A stretch of DNA of 63,385 bases, the filler included, from Octopus bimaculoides (lineage: Eukaryota), in NCBI RefSeq assembly GCF_001194135.2. It is 4 parts of 4 records of this genome, joined end to end, with 100 filler letters (N's around TTAATTAATTAA, not from the genome) between each part and the next. Parts side by side here need not be neighbours in the genome. Positions count along the whole stretch, not along the records: positions 21,345 to 46,326 come from NC_069003.1; 3 more parts are not named here. One strand, written 5' to 3'. Within the stretch, counting starts at the first letter, position 1. Each line of letters begins with the position of its first letter. This document shows, piece by piece, positions 26,121 to 38,479 of the stretch. A program made the translations under genes and the position numbers. Under the pieces are notes generated by a model. That model was not told the DNA's origin. It saw nothing but the letters and a program-made list of their open reading frames with translations, and did not search any database.

Positions 26121-26319
26121 AAATATCTTCATCCATTCAGCTATGCACAGTTTGGTCCCCTTGATGGGATTTTCTGGGATCTTTCATGATATTACATGTG
26201 GAGTTCCTTCATCTTTCAGCCACCATACATGGCTGGCTAAGGACAAAGTGTATATCCTCTCCGGGATCCTGAAAGAAGGTCTGTGGTTGGAGAAGCACTG
26301 CTTGAACATGTTCCCAGAG

Positions 26320-26780
26320 CATCTAATGTATTTTTGTGTGCAGGTGTTGCTGATGCTGTTTCTGTTGATGTTGATGCAGCCGTTATCACTGTTGCTGGTG
26401 TTGGTGTTGGTGTTGTTGGTGTTGGTGTTGTTAAAGCAGGCATCGGTGTTGGTGCTGGTGCCAGTGCAGTTAATGCTGGCATAGGGAACATCATCAGTGG
26501 TTGTGCTGTTGGTGGTATTATAGCTGGAGCTGTTATTGGCACTATCATAGTGGCGGATGTTGTCCCTGCAGTTATTGTTAACATTGGTGATGCTGATGCT
26601 GCTGCTATTTCTGTTTGGAACGCTGCCGTTATTGTTGATGTTATTGTTATCACTGGCAATAGTGCTGCTGCTACTTCAGTTTGGGTTGCTGCCGTCGCTG
26701 TTAGTTCTGCCATTCCTGCTACTGTAGCAGTCACTAGGAAAGCAGTTGCTGCTGCTACTAGGGTCAGCTACCACCTCAGC
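26320..26780. repeat. Degenerate GCT/GTT trinucleotide low-complexity tract
   Basis: Open on both strands, giving A/V/T-rich translations without domain signal. Confidence 0.7.
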
Positions 26781-26982
26781 TTCACGTTGTAGTCCTTACA
26801 TGAGCATCCCGCCTCTGCTCATGGCCAAGGGGAGTAAGCAAGAAGGCAAATAGATGCAGATTCTTTTGTTCTTTTATTTTAAAAGTTATTTTCTTTTTTT
26901 GTTTTAATCCTCTCCTTCAAACACACATGCATCGAAATTGAAGGAGCAACCATCATATATAATATGATGGCGTGCATATATA

Positions 26983-27018
<36 letters not shown>

Positions 27019-27019
27019 C

Positions 27020-27425
27020 GTATGTATTCTTTTATTCTTTTACTTGTTCCAGTCATTTGAATGCGGCCATGCTGGAGCACCACCTTTCGTCGAGCAAATC
27101 AACACCAGGACTTATTCTTTGTAAACCTAGTACTTATTCCATCGGTCCCTTTTGCCGAACCGCTGGTTTACGGGAACGTAAACACACCAACATCGGTTGT
27201 CGAGCATTGGTGAGGAGAAAACACAGACACGTTTCTCTCCTTTCAGGTGAAGAGCGTAGGCTCGAAACGTCAAAGACTTTCTCTATTCCCGAGCGTTAAA
27301 CTAATACATCCATTTGGTCGGCGCAAGGTTATAATAGTAAACACTTGCCCAAGATGCAATACAATGGGACTGAACGCGGAACCGTGTGGTTGGTAAGCAA
27401 GCTACTTACCACATCGCAACTCCCA
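27020..27425 (-). mobile_element. SINE family A with an inserted ~90-bp repeat (27225-27305)
   Basis: Tail at 27035-27225, head at 27340-27425. Confidence 0.75.
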
Positions 27426-27670
27426 TGTATGTGTGTGTGTGCGTGTGTGTACATATATATATGCGTACATACATATCTGTATACATATATATATATATGT
27501 ATATAGATATGTATGTATACATACATGCATACATATATATATATATATATATACATATACACATACATATGTATATATATATATATATATGTAAATGTAT
27601 ATGCATATATATATGTATATACATATATATATATATACATACATATATATATGTACACACACACACACAC

Positions 27671-27701
<31 letters not shown>

Positions 27702-28149
27702 CTTCCGGCTTCGTTGAAGAAAGACGTGTTTTTTCGTTGTCCTGAAACAACCCAAAAGAGATTGCATAAATCGACGATAAAATCTGCTAAAACCGATAAG
27801 AACGTAGACCTGTTATATAAGAACAGTCTACTGTAATATACTAATTAAAAAAAACGTAATATATTACTCTAAAAGTTTAATATAGTACATTAAAGTCAGT
27901 GAAACAAGCTAAAGGTATCGTTGATAACCGCGTGGTTACAAGTCGTAATTTTATTTGCAGTCGAATGTAAGAAGCAAAACAAGAATTGTTTTTGAAAGAA
28001 AACTTCGTACAAGAACAAGGATTTAGAATTTTACCTCTTACGAATAAGTATTCTTTTCGTTTGTTTATTTTTTTTAGCTTAGGTAACATTTGAGTTACGA
28101 CTTAAACTTTGTTTACTTTCTGAGAATTCTCACTATAATTTTCATTTAA

Positions 28150-30148
28150 CTTTTATTACAGCGACCACTAGTGGGTTAATATAGGCTAGATGATTGAGTT
28201 CACACAAGTCACAACGTTTCTCACAAAACACAAAGTCAGAAAATTTTGCAAATAAGCATCAAAAAACGAGAAAATTTTAAAATGAAAATTTAGTGTTTTC
28301 CAGTTGTTTTTCACAATTTTACATACATTTCATATTTGCGACAAGCAAATTTCATTTTGAAATCTAGTGGATTAATATAGGCTAGATAATTGATGATAAG
28401 ATTATATTTATCATATAATGTTTTCATCAACCATCTACTCTATATTAACCCACTAGACTTTANNNNNNNNNNNNNNNNNNNNNNNNNNNNNNNNNNNNNN
28501 NNNNNNNNNNNNNNNNNNNNNNNNNNNNNNNNNNNNNNNNNNNNNNNNNNNNNNNNNNNNNNAGTGTCAACAAACGACTGGAAAACACGAAATTCGCATT
28601 TCCAGATTTTGTTGCTTTTTCATGCTTATTTTCAAAATTTCGTGATTTTGAGTCGTGTGAAAAAGGTTGTCACTTCGGTGAACTCATTGATAAATATAAT
28701 GTTTTCATCAACCATCTAGCCTATATTAACCCACTAGACTTCAAAATGAAAATTGCTTTTCGCTGAAATGTAAACTATCTAAAAGCGTGAAAGAACGACT
28801 GGAAAACACGAAATTCGCATTTCCAGATTTTGTTGCTTTTTCATGCTTATTTTCAAAATTTCGTGATTTTGAGTCGTGTGAAAAAGGTTGTCACTNNNNN
28901 NNNNNNNNNNNNNNNNNNNNNNNNNNNNNNNNNNNNNNNNNNNNNNNNNNNNNNNNNNNNNNNNNNNNNNNNNNNNNNNNNNNNNNNNNNNNNNNNNNNN
29001 NNNNNNNNNNNNNNNNNNNNNNNNNNNNNNNNNNNNNNNNNNNNNNNNNNNNNNNNNNNNNNNNNNNNNNNNNNNNNNNNNNNNNNNNNNNNNNNNNNNN
29101 NNNNNNNNNNNNNNNNNNNNNNNNNNNNNNNNNNNNNNNNNNNNNNNNNNNNNNNNNNNNNNNNNNNNNNNNNNNNNNNNNNNNNNNNNNNNNNNNNNNN
29201 NNNNNNNNNNNNNNNNNNNNNNNNNNNNNNNNNNNNNNNNNNNNNNNNNNNNNNNNNNNNNNNNNNNNNNNNNNNNNNNNNNNNNNNNNNNNNNNNNNNN
29301 NNNNNNNNNNNNNNNNNNNNNNNNNNNNNNNNNNNNNNNNNNNNNNNNNNNNNNNNNNNNNNNNNNNNNNNNNNNNNNNNNNNNNNNNNNNNNNNNNNNN
29401 NNNNNNNNNNNNNNNNNNNNNNNNNNNNNNNNNNNNNNNNNCGTGTGAAAAAGGTTGTCACTTCGGTGAACTCATTGATAAATATAATGTTTTCATCAAC
29501 CATCTAGCCTATATTAACCCACTAGACTTCAAAATGAAAATTGCTTTTCGCTGAAATGTAAACTATCTAAAAGCGTGAAAGAACGACTGGAAAACACGAA
29601 ATTCTCATTTTTTAATTTTGTCGTTTTTTTTTATTACATCTATTAGATTTGAAAACGGAAAGTGTTTCTTGGAAAAATGAAAAGCATCGTAATGTGTTAA
29701 AAAAACACTAAATTTTCATTTTCAAAAGTTTCCTTGTTTTTCATGCTTGTTTGCAATATTTTGTGACTTTCTGTTTTGCCACAAATTTTGTGATTACAGT
29801 GAACTCTTTGATAAATATATCATCTCCTGAATCATCTAACTAATATTAACCCATTAGATTTCATAACGAAGCGTGTTTCTTGCAAAAATGAAAAGTATCT
29901 TAATGTGTGAAAAAACACGAAAAAGGCACTTAATTTTCATTTTCAAAAGTTTCCTGTTTTTCATGCTTATTTGCAATATTTTGTGACTTTCTCTTTTGCC
30001 ACAAATTTTTTGATTTTAGTGAACTCTTTGATAAATATAATCTTCTCATCAATCATCTAACTTAGATTTCAAAACGAAAAGTGTTTCGTGCAAAAATGAA
30101 AAGTATCGTAATGTGTGAAAACACGAAAAATACTCGAAATTTTCATTT
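28150..30148. repeat. ~221-bp tandem satellite with an inverted left arm and diverged right-hand units
   Basis: cgtgtgaaaaagg recurs at 28654 and 28875 (221-bp period); diverged units at 29600-30148; orientation flips at about 28410. Confidence 0.88.
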
Positions 30149-30879
30149 CATTTCTTCTCCATACTTGACGTTATGAACATCACTCCTGTTCCTGAAATTA
30201 TCAAACCAGCCATGTCTGGCCTTAAATGCATCTGTTGATGTCTCCTGATGTTCCAGGGTTCTACTTCAGGAGATCCCCATACAATACTCGTTCTTTCTCT
30301 GTAATCATACCCCCTACAAGTTGCTTCTCTTTGATCGACAGGAGGAGCAATTTTTCCATCCTTTCGTGGACAGATGTGCATTGCTTAGAGAGTCTGGGGA
30401 CACTCTTTGTTGTTGTAACGGCCTTGATATCTTCCTTTTTCTTCAGGATGGTGCAGCTCGTCGACGTGCTTTGGTCGTATTGACATGCTATGTCCCCTAC
30501 ACGCATTCCTCTCTCATATTTATCAATGATTTCCTTCTTCAATTCTATTGTAATCAGCTTTTCTTCTCAGCACTGTCCTTTGCACTAACCTTCTTAAGAC
30601 TCATGGCTAACAAATAATTATTATCAAATAATAGCAAAAAAGTCTCAAAACTAAACAAAAGCACAGGAATGCTGCCACAACGAGATAAACACGTGAACTG
30701 AGTGGAGATCGTTTACCGGGAGAGCGAGCGCAAGCTCAGCATTGACTAGCGGTCGCTTGTACGAAACTCGCTCATACTATGGATTTCCGCTCGTAATTCA
30801 AGGCAAAAATTCGCACGAGCCTTGGCTCATATAGCAAATTACTCGTACAATGGTGCACTTCTACTGCGTAGTTCTACTG
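30149..30879 (-). mobile_element. Tigger-like transposon, 5' part
   Basis: TA|CAGTAGAAC terminus at 30879; relic KEIIDKYERGMRVGDIACQY (psq-HTH) and MEKLLLLSIKEKQ..FKASHGWFDNFR (CENP-B HTH). Confidence 0.88.
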
Positions 30880-31072
30880 TATATTGTAGAAATTTTATTT
30901 GTGCAATTGTAAATAATGAAAGTAAATTAGCTAGATTTTACAATTTTTATGTGTAAAATTTGTAGTGACCCCTGGCAGTCAAGCAAGAAAGCAAAAGGTA
31001 AAAGGGATCTAACGAGAGTAATCTCCCTCAACCTTCTCGAAAATTCTCAGATACTCTAGAAATTTTCAATTA

Positions 31073-31123
31073 ACTTCCGGATGACGTGGAAGTCAGGGAC
31101 TTCGGGTTCATCCCTTATATAAA
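31073..31123 (+). promoter_or_regulatory. LTR promoter: ETS-CRE-ETS cluster and TATA box
   Basis: ACTTCCGG-A-TGACGT-GGAAGT at 31073-31093; TATATAAA at 31116-31123; AATAAA at about 31307. Confidence 0.6.
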
Positions 31124-33115
31124 GCGAACGCAATTCTAATTTTGCTCTCCTTTTGCCTGTCGGTTCCTAGGCGTACGCATTGAGCCACGCCAGTCCCCCC
31201 CCCCACGCGCGCATATTCGCCTCATTTGCTTTGAGACATGTGGCTGCAAAGTATGTTACAAGCTTCTTTCAAACCATTCTTATATGTTAACGCATTACAT
31301 CCAGTAATAAATATGTTATGACTTATGAACGTCTCGCAAGTCCTTATTTTTCTTGTCGTTTTACGCACAAGATGGTGACCCCTCTTTCTCGCATGCAATT
31401 GTAAAATTATTGGTTGTCACATCACTACGAAATGGTAACTCCGACGTTAGAATACGATAGCCGCTACAAAATAGTGAACCTGACATTTGGATACACTAGC
31501 CACTATAAAATGTTGACTCCGAGTTAAGGGTTTGCTGCTTTGCTTTCACATGCAATGTTGTTACTACATAATGGCGAACTTGACGCAACCCACAGTACAA
31601 GGTAAACCGACGCCATACTACACTCTTCAAGGTAATTTCTACATTACTCTACCAGAACCTTTGATATTCTAGTTCTAAAATAATTTCGTGTCTTCCACGT
31701 TAAAGAAGAAAGTCCACTGATCACGCCTGTTCTTTGTCATAAACGATTGTGTCTCTGTTCAACTGAACAAGCATACCCGTGAACATCCTGAGCTCCGATG
31801 GAAAAGCGTGTCATAATCATGAGAAACACTTCCATACCAGCTTATTCTGGCAATGCTAAGCTTTCGTTTGCACAGTTTGATTCTTACTTCACAACACATG
31901 GTATACAAGCCGCTAAACAAAAGCTACACGTGCTTATTAGTGGCATTCCCGCCATTTTAGCAGACACCGTTAAAGATATCATCACAGATCGTCCACAAAG
32001 CATGACCTACGATTCTGTGCGAACAGAAGAACTACACAGAAATTCTAAATCATCAGAAAGCCGATTCTGTGCATTACAAGAGGAGAACCTGGGTGACAGA
32101 ACTCCTTCGGAATTTCTTAGGCGGATCCGAGAACTCAGTGATGATACACCTGAGAACAGCTTCTTCATTAAAAAATATTTTTTTCCCCGCTTACCAACTA
32201 TGTACAGACAATATTGGCGAATATGGTTGACACCAGTTCTATAGACCAAATCGCTTCATCTGCAGATAGAATAATGAAATTTTCTCACAGACCCACCGCG
32301 GCTGATTTAGTTATTGCTTCAACGTCTTCTCAACAAAAGCATGATACTAAAAATGGATACGCCATGTTGAAGGCTATCGATGGTTTAACGTGCCAAATAG
32401 CTAAATTCTGTTGTATTAGATGGCGTTCGCGAAGCCGGTCTTTCTCTTCTCAACGACGCAACAGTTTTTCAGTCAACAATTCTTCGGTATGTTGGTACGA
32501 CAAGGCACGTCATTGTAACAAGCCTTGTGCTTTTGAAGTGTCGGAAAACTGAACCTAGAGAGCCTGGGCACGTCAGACCTCTCTCACAACTTTTCAGCTA
32601 ATTGTGCTTTTTTCATTAGGGACCTAGTACAAACAGGTTGTTCATGGTCGATACAGGATCAAGTTGCAGTATTTTGTCATTTCGGTTCAGCTCTAACAAG
32701 CCACAGTTATCCAGTATTTCCTTATACGCGGTGAACCATTCTCCCATCAAAACCTATGGTCAGATATCTTAAACTCTAGCCCTTGCCTCGCGTTGAGATT
32801 TTAAATGGATTTTTGTCATCGCCGACCTGCCTCATCCTACTCTCGGGGCGGACTTCTTACACCACTTTTCACTCCTGGTAGATGTCAGAAAACAGAGACT
32901 TGTGGATATTACCACATCTTTATCTATGCCTGCACGCGAATCTACCGCTACTAGCCTCAGCCCATCGTTTTTGGAGCTGCTNNNNNNNNNNNNNNNNNNN
33001 NNNNNNNNNNNNNNNNNNNNNNNNNNNNNNNNNNNNNNNNNNNNNNNNNNNNNNNNNNNNNNNNNNNNNNNNNNNNNNNNNNNNNNNNNNNNNNNNNNNN
33101 NNNNNNNNNNNNNNN

Positions 33116-33212
33116 CCATACTCTTCTTGCCTCGTTTCCAATTTGAACTTGCTGCCTCTTGAAGTGACATCTTTTCCCTTTACTTCGAGTCCCTCATTCT
33201 TCCTCATTTAAG
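33116..33212 (-). mobile_element. Fragment of a second-family LTR nested inside the CsRn1-like element
   Basis: Reverse complement ..aggaagaatgagggact..gatgtcacttcaagaggcagcaagttcaaa matches the LTR at 36750-36825. Confidence 0.75.
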
Positions 33213-34068
33213 CCTACCCAGACAGTCCACTCGACTCAACATTTTATTACAACAACTGGTCCACGTAAACTAGCGCCAGACAGGCTCAAGAAAGCCCGCG
33301 CTGAATTCGAGCACATGCTCCAGCTCGGTCTTATACGTCCTTCTACAAGCCCTTGGGCATCTCCGCTACATTTAGCTCGAAAGGGTGAAGCAGATTTTAG
33401 ACCCGTTGGTGATTACAGGAGACTTAATGCTATCACCACGCCCGATCATTATCCTCTACCCAACTTAACGGATTTCTCTTATGTTCTCCATGGTTGCTTT
33501 ATATTTTCCAAAGTGGATCTGATACGTGCGTACCACCAAATCCCGATGAACCCGGAAGATATACCCAAAATTGCCGTAACTACCCCGTTTGGTTCATTCG
33601 AATTCCTGTCTATGTCTTTTGGCCTGAGAAATGCTGCCAGTACATTCCAGCGCTCCATCGACGAAGTCGTACGCATTCAATTTTGTTTTTGCTTTCCTGC
33701 TTGACCGCCAGGGGCCACTACAAATTCACAAATAGTAAATAATAAAAATAAATTAACTATACTGTAGAATTTTTTTCTGTACAATTCATAAATTGTAATT
33801 AATGTAAACACTAACTATACTGTAGAATTTGTATGTATACGTAGTTAAAATATAAATAATGGAAATGTGTATTCTACCCTAGAATTCTTTTCCGAAAACA
33901 GATTAGCTATATTGCAGAAGCTTTTTCTGTACAATACTTAAATTCTAAATAATGAAAACAAATGAACTATATGGGAGGATTTTTATCTGTAGATTTCACA
34001 AGTTGTAAATTATGAAAAGAAATTAAGTATAAGGTAGAATTTTTATCCTTACGTATTGAAATTGCGAA

Positions 34069-37000
34069 TTATTATGGAGGAAGGGGACAGGAAGAATGAG
34101 GAACCCAAAACGAGGGGAAATGTCATCACTTCAGGTTCAAAATAAACTCTTTCTTGCAAGTGTGTTGTGAGTAACAGACGTGTGTTGGGAACAATCTAAG
34201 GGTAGTAGTTCTTTCTGTCCAGATCTTAGGCACATGGATACTACAGTTACGTTTTGCTGATTCCTATTAGCGGATGCTTAGAGGGACCGTTGCCTATTGC
34301 ATCTTGAGGTAAGAGCAACCTTTATTTTGCATTACAACTACAAGCTATTTTGGCATGCAGTTTACCAGTTGTGAAGATTTTTAAAATGTTTTTTCACTTT
34401 TTGCTCCTGCCATTCCAACCGCCGACACTTGCAATGGCTACAAAAATCAGAATCAGTAGCGATGTATTGAGATCGTTTGCTGGGGAAGGTGAAGTGGTGG
34501 CCCGGATAAAAAATTTGAAACTCGTGGTGAAGCTGCAGAGTATTAAAGATGTGGCTAGCCGCATGCCACTTTACCTAGAAGGTGGTGTACTAAATCTGTA
34601 CTCAAAAATGGATGAAGCAGAGCAGGTGAAAGTGGAGAAAATTAAAGAGCATCTGAATGATGCGCACATGGAAGGGATATTCAAAGCCTACAGCAAGCTT
34701 GGGAGAGTGAGATGGATGTGCAAGCAAGTAGACAAAGCGGTAGGCAGTAGCCAGCGATAGCTAGCAAGTGGCACCAGTGATAAGACAAATGGCTAAGGGA
34801 TCATGCTAAGGGTGTTGGGGTTCACACATGGATGCATGGAACTGAAATCTGTGCTGGTGTCTTACTGATGTTTCTAACCTGGGCAAATTAATGTAAACAG
34901 GCAAATGAAGAGAGAAGAATTACTGTGCCACTAGTTCCCTCCATGGTGGGGGCAAGGGAAGCACAAGCCCTTGTGGATACAGTTGCACAGCAACCCTGGT
35001 GACTGCAAGAATGGTCGAGAGATGGAGAGGAAGCTCCAGCCTCAGTGTGGTAAATGGTAAGTAGGTCATGTGCAAGAGTATCAGTGAAGTGGAACTAGAG
35101 GTACAGAGGCTGGTGTTAATGCTGCAGGTGATTGTAGTTGATGAGGAGGTGGACGGTGTCAACATTGTAGTCGGTATGGATGTGATTGTATGTTTGGGTG
35201 GTGTGAAATTTAGTGACTGGTGCACCATGTCCTGTGAGAGTGGAGCAGAGGACGAAGGCTATAGGAGCGACAGGTTACCATCAGTGAGAGAGGATGCCAT
35301 AGGTGCAATTGAAGATAAAGATTTCTGTGCTGAATTTGACAGCAAAAGATGGACAGTGAATTACTTCTGGAAAGAACCCCCAACCCATACTGAGAAAGAG
35401 GGTGAGTTGCTATGAACATAGCTTGAAAGGAGAAAAGAGGATTGAGTTTAGGAGACATGTGGACAGATGGATACAAGAGGACATTTTGATACTATGGCGT
35501 GAGGAAGTGATGAGCAGTATGCTGTTGATGATGGCTGTAGTTCAGCCAACAAAGAATAAAGCTTGACTGGTGCTGGACTTTTGAGAGTTGAATGGACATG
35601 TGCTTCGTTAGTATGGTTAGAACATTTGCCTTATTCTTTTCTGACGACACGAAGACCAAGTGCAGCTTCAGACTAAACTGTGCAGCTAGGTCCCTTAGAA
35701 TTCCCAGGTGATACTTAATCACTGTTTTCATGGCACTTTGTGCGGATCCTCATCTGGTTGGTGATCACCGATGCCACACACTCCAGCACCATGGCAGAAT
35801 TGGTCTGAATCTCAACAACTTCTGGTCCCCATCTCAGAGCTAGGCTCACATCCTTTAACACAGCATCCAGTTCAACTACATTGATTTGGTTGTAGTCATC
35901 CTTCTTCCTGAGCTACACTGCATCTTCCACTTCAATACTCCTATTTCCAGATCGATATACTCTCAATGCTATACTACTCATGTCACACCATATGATCCCT
36001 TTTTTGTATCAGCCATATACCAGATGCCCTTCACCAGATCTTCTACTCACATTCTCTCCAAGACATCTTGCATCATTGAAATCATCTTTTTTTTCACTTT
36101 ATAATTTCAATTCAGTCCTTTTGCTCACGTTTTGATGTAGCTACAGGCCATTTGGAGCCATCTTGGGACCACTAGCTTCCTACACATCAAGAACAGCCCT
36201 CTCCTATTCATATCTCTGTGAAACACAAGCCTACCCACTTTATTTCTTTTGAACCTGAGCTCCAGCATCATGCCTCCTTATATGGCTTCTGGTGGTTTTG
36301 TTGTTAATCCAAAGGTTGTTAATCCAAACCTTTGAAGATGATTCACAATTTCCTCTGCCAATACCATACTCTCATCCACCAGGTTGTCATCAATATATGA
36401 GTTAGTAACCTGCTCCACTTTGGTCTATTTTCCAAAAACCACCTTGAGAATCTTTGCCATGATTTTCAGTGCTGAACACAGGCCAAAACCCAGTTGAGTT
36501 AGACAAAACGTTCTGCCTTTATATCTCACTAGCTGGTACCTCCACAACTTCTCAGATACATGGAGTGCAAATAGGCCGACTTGAGGTTGACGACTGTAGA
36601 TGCTCTCATCATTTGCCTCCACTCCCACAGGGTTTCCCCTCATACATCCTTGTAACCCTGCAAAAATTTCAAAGGGAATGTCTTCACCCCCTCCCCTGAT
36701 GGCTGAACGTTTTCAAAATAGAATAGAAGAGCAAGGTGTATCATGTGAAAGAAATGAGCAGGAAGAACGAGGGACTGGAAAAAAAAGGGAAAGGACGTCA
36801 CTTCAAGAGGCAGCAAATTCAAAACAGCCTCTTTCTCACAAGTGTGTTGGGAATGATCTGAGAGTAGTGGAGCTTGGGTGTAGGACACATGTGCATACTA
36901 CTGTTAAGTTTTGCTAGTTCCCATGACCTTACACTTGACAGGACTGTTGCCTATTGCATCTTGAGGTAAGAGCAACCTTTATTTGTGCCTTACAATTACA
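34069..37000 (+). mobile_element. Second Gypsy-like LTR retroelement with an internal inversion and no integrase
   Basis: LTRs at about 34069-34342 and 36737-37000; purine tract at 36720-36736; plus strand gag, protease LVDT, RT start AVVQPTKNK..VLDF; minus strand 35610-36680 RT (LKSAY, TQLGFG, SYIDD) and RNase H (SEKNKANVLT). Confidence 0.8.
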
Positions 37001-37079
37001 ATAATGTAAATGAAATAATATTGCAGAATTTTTATCTATACAATTCATGCCTTTTAAATGATGAAAACTATATTAACTA

Positions 37080-38479
37080 CTAGCAGAAATACCCGGCTTT
37101 GCCAGGGTTAAAGAGAATAATGAAATCTAAAAACGCCGTCTAGACTACGCAACCCTCAACTGTTAGTAGCTACGATACCATATTTCTACATTAATAACTC
37201 TCCAATCCATGCCAGCATGGAACATAGACATTAAGTGGAATGCCAGTCTCTCATCTAGGAGGGCCTTGAAATCAATGTTACCAACTGGGGACTATGTGTG
37301 TCGTAGTGATAATAAAAAGACCAAAAGGAGGTCTGCAACGAAATAATTTTACTCAACACTTTGCAAGTGAATCAGTGGAGGCAAAGATGCGTCTCATTTA
37401 CTTGACAATTTATGCACCACATTGCAGAAATCACAATGAAAGTATATCTGAANNNNNNNNNNNNNNNNNNNNNNNNNNNNNNNNNNNNNNNNNNNNNNNN
37501 NNNNNNNNNNNNNNNNNNNNNNNNNNNNNNNNNNNNNNNNNNNNNNNNNNNNNNNNNNNNNNNNNNNNNNNNNNNNNNNNNNNNNNNNNNNNNNNNNNNN
37601 NNNNNNNNNNNNNNNNNNNNNNNNNNNNNNNNNNNNNNNNNNNNNNNNNNNNNNNNNNNNNNNNNNNNNNNNNNNNNNNNNNNNNNNNNNNNNNNNNNNN
37701 NNNNNNNNNNNNNNNNNNNNNNNNNNNNNNNNNNNNNNNNNNNNNNNNNNNNNNNNNNNNNNNNNNNNNNNNNNNNNNNNNNNNNNNNNNNNNNNNNNNN
37801 NNNNNNNNNNNNNNNNNNNNNNNNNNNNNNNNNNNNNNNNNNNNNNNNNNNNNNNNNNNNNNNNNNNNNNNNNNNNNNNNNNNNNNNNNNNNNNNNNNNN
37901 NNNNNNNNNNNNNNNNNNNNNNNNNNNNNNNNNNNNNNNNNNNNNNNNNNNNNNNNNNNNNNNNNNNNNNNNNNNNNNNNNNNNNNNNNNNNNNNNNNNN
38001 NNNNNNNNNNNNNNNNNNNNNNNNNNNNNNNNNNNNNNNNNNNNNNNNNNNNNNNNNNNNNNNNNNNNNNNNNNNNNNNNNNNNNNNNNNNNNNNNNNNN
38101 NNNNNNNNNNNNNNNNATCTATATGTATACATATACATCTCTCTCTCTCTTTCCCTCTTTCTCTCTCTCTGAAAGTATCAGTCATTACAGTATCGAAATG
38201 TGATTGTTTCACTTAGTAGAATAGTTTCATTTTTAAAGTGAAAGTATTTGACATGAGTGTTTTTGTTTCACTTTTGACACGTAATACTTAAATAGTGGAG
38301 GAGATATTATGTTGCTGTGGGCTCGAACTCTGCAAGAAGTTAACATTTTTTGACTAAAACACAACTGGAACCCGAAGTAAGGCATCTGTAAAATTTGAAT
38401 GAAATTGGTTGCGTAGTTCTCGAGTTTTAGGGATTCACACAGACAGACAGACACACATTCTCATTTTTATATATATAGA
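37080..38479 (-). mobile_element. Non-autonomous Helitron (both ends; centre in a gap)
   Basis: 5' A|TCTATATATATAAAAATGAG at 38479; 3' hairpin CCCTGGC-AAA-GCCGGG followed by CTAG|T at 37080; removing it restores a satellite unit. Confidence 0.85.

Larger units (their letters stand above)
30961..33722 (+). mobile_element. CsRn1-clade Ty3/Gypsy LTR retrotransposon, truncated in RT
   Basis: LTR starts TGTAGTG; tRNA-Trp-type PBS TGGTGACCCC; gag LGDRTPSEFLRRIREL; degenerate CHCC motif CWY..ARHCNKPC; protease FMVDTGSS (about 32650); RT SPWASPLH, DYRRLN, FSKVDLIRAYHQIP, FGLRNAASTFQR; AATT duplication on both sides. Confidence 0.92.

Noticed and set aside
26237-26792. 165-169 aa Ala/Thr/Val-rich ORFs on both strands (mucin-like appearance)
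   Set aside because: Degenerate GCT/GTT trinucleotide tract with no splice signals or domain; the same applies to 45338-45595
27329-27836. Several overlapping YI/CV-rich ORFs
   Set aside because: Compound TA/CA microsatellite
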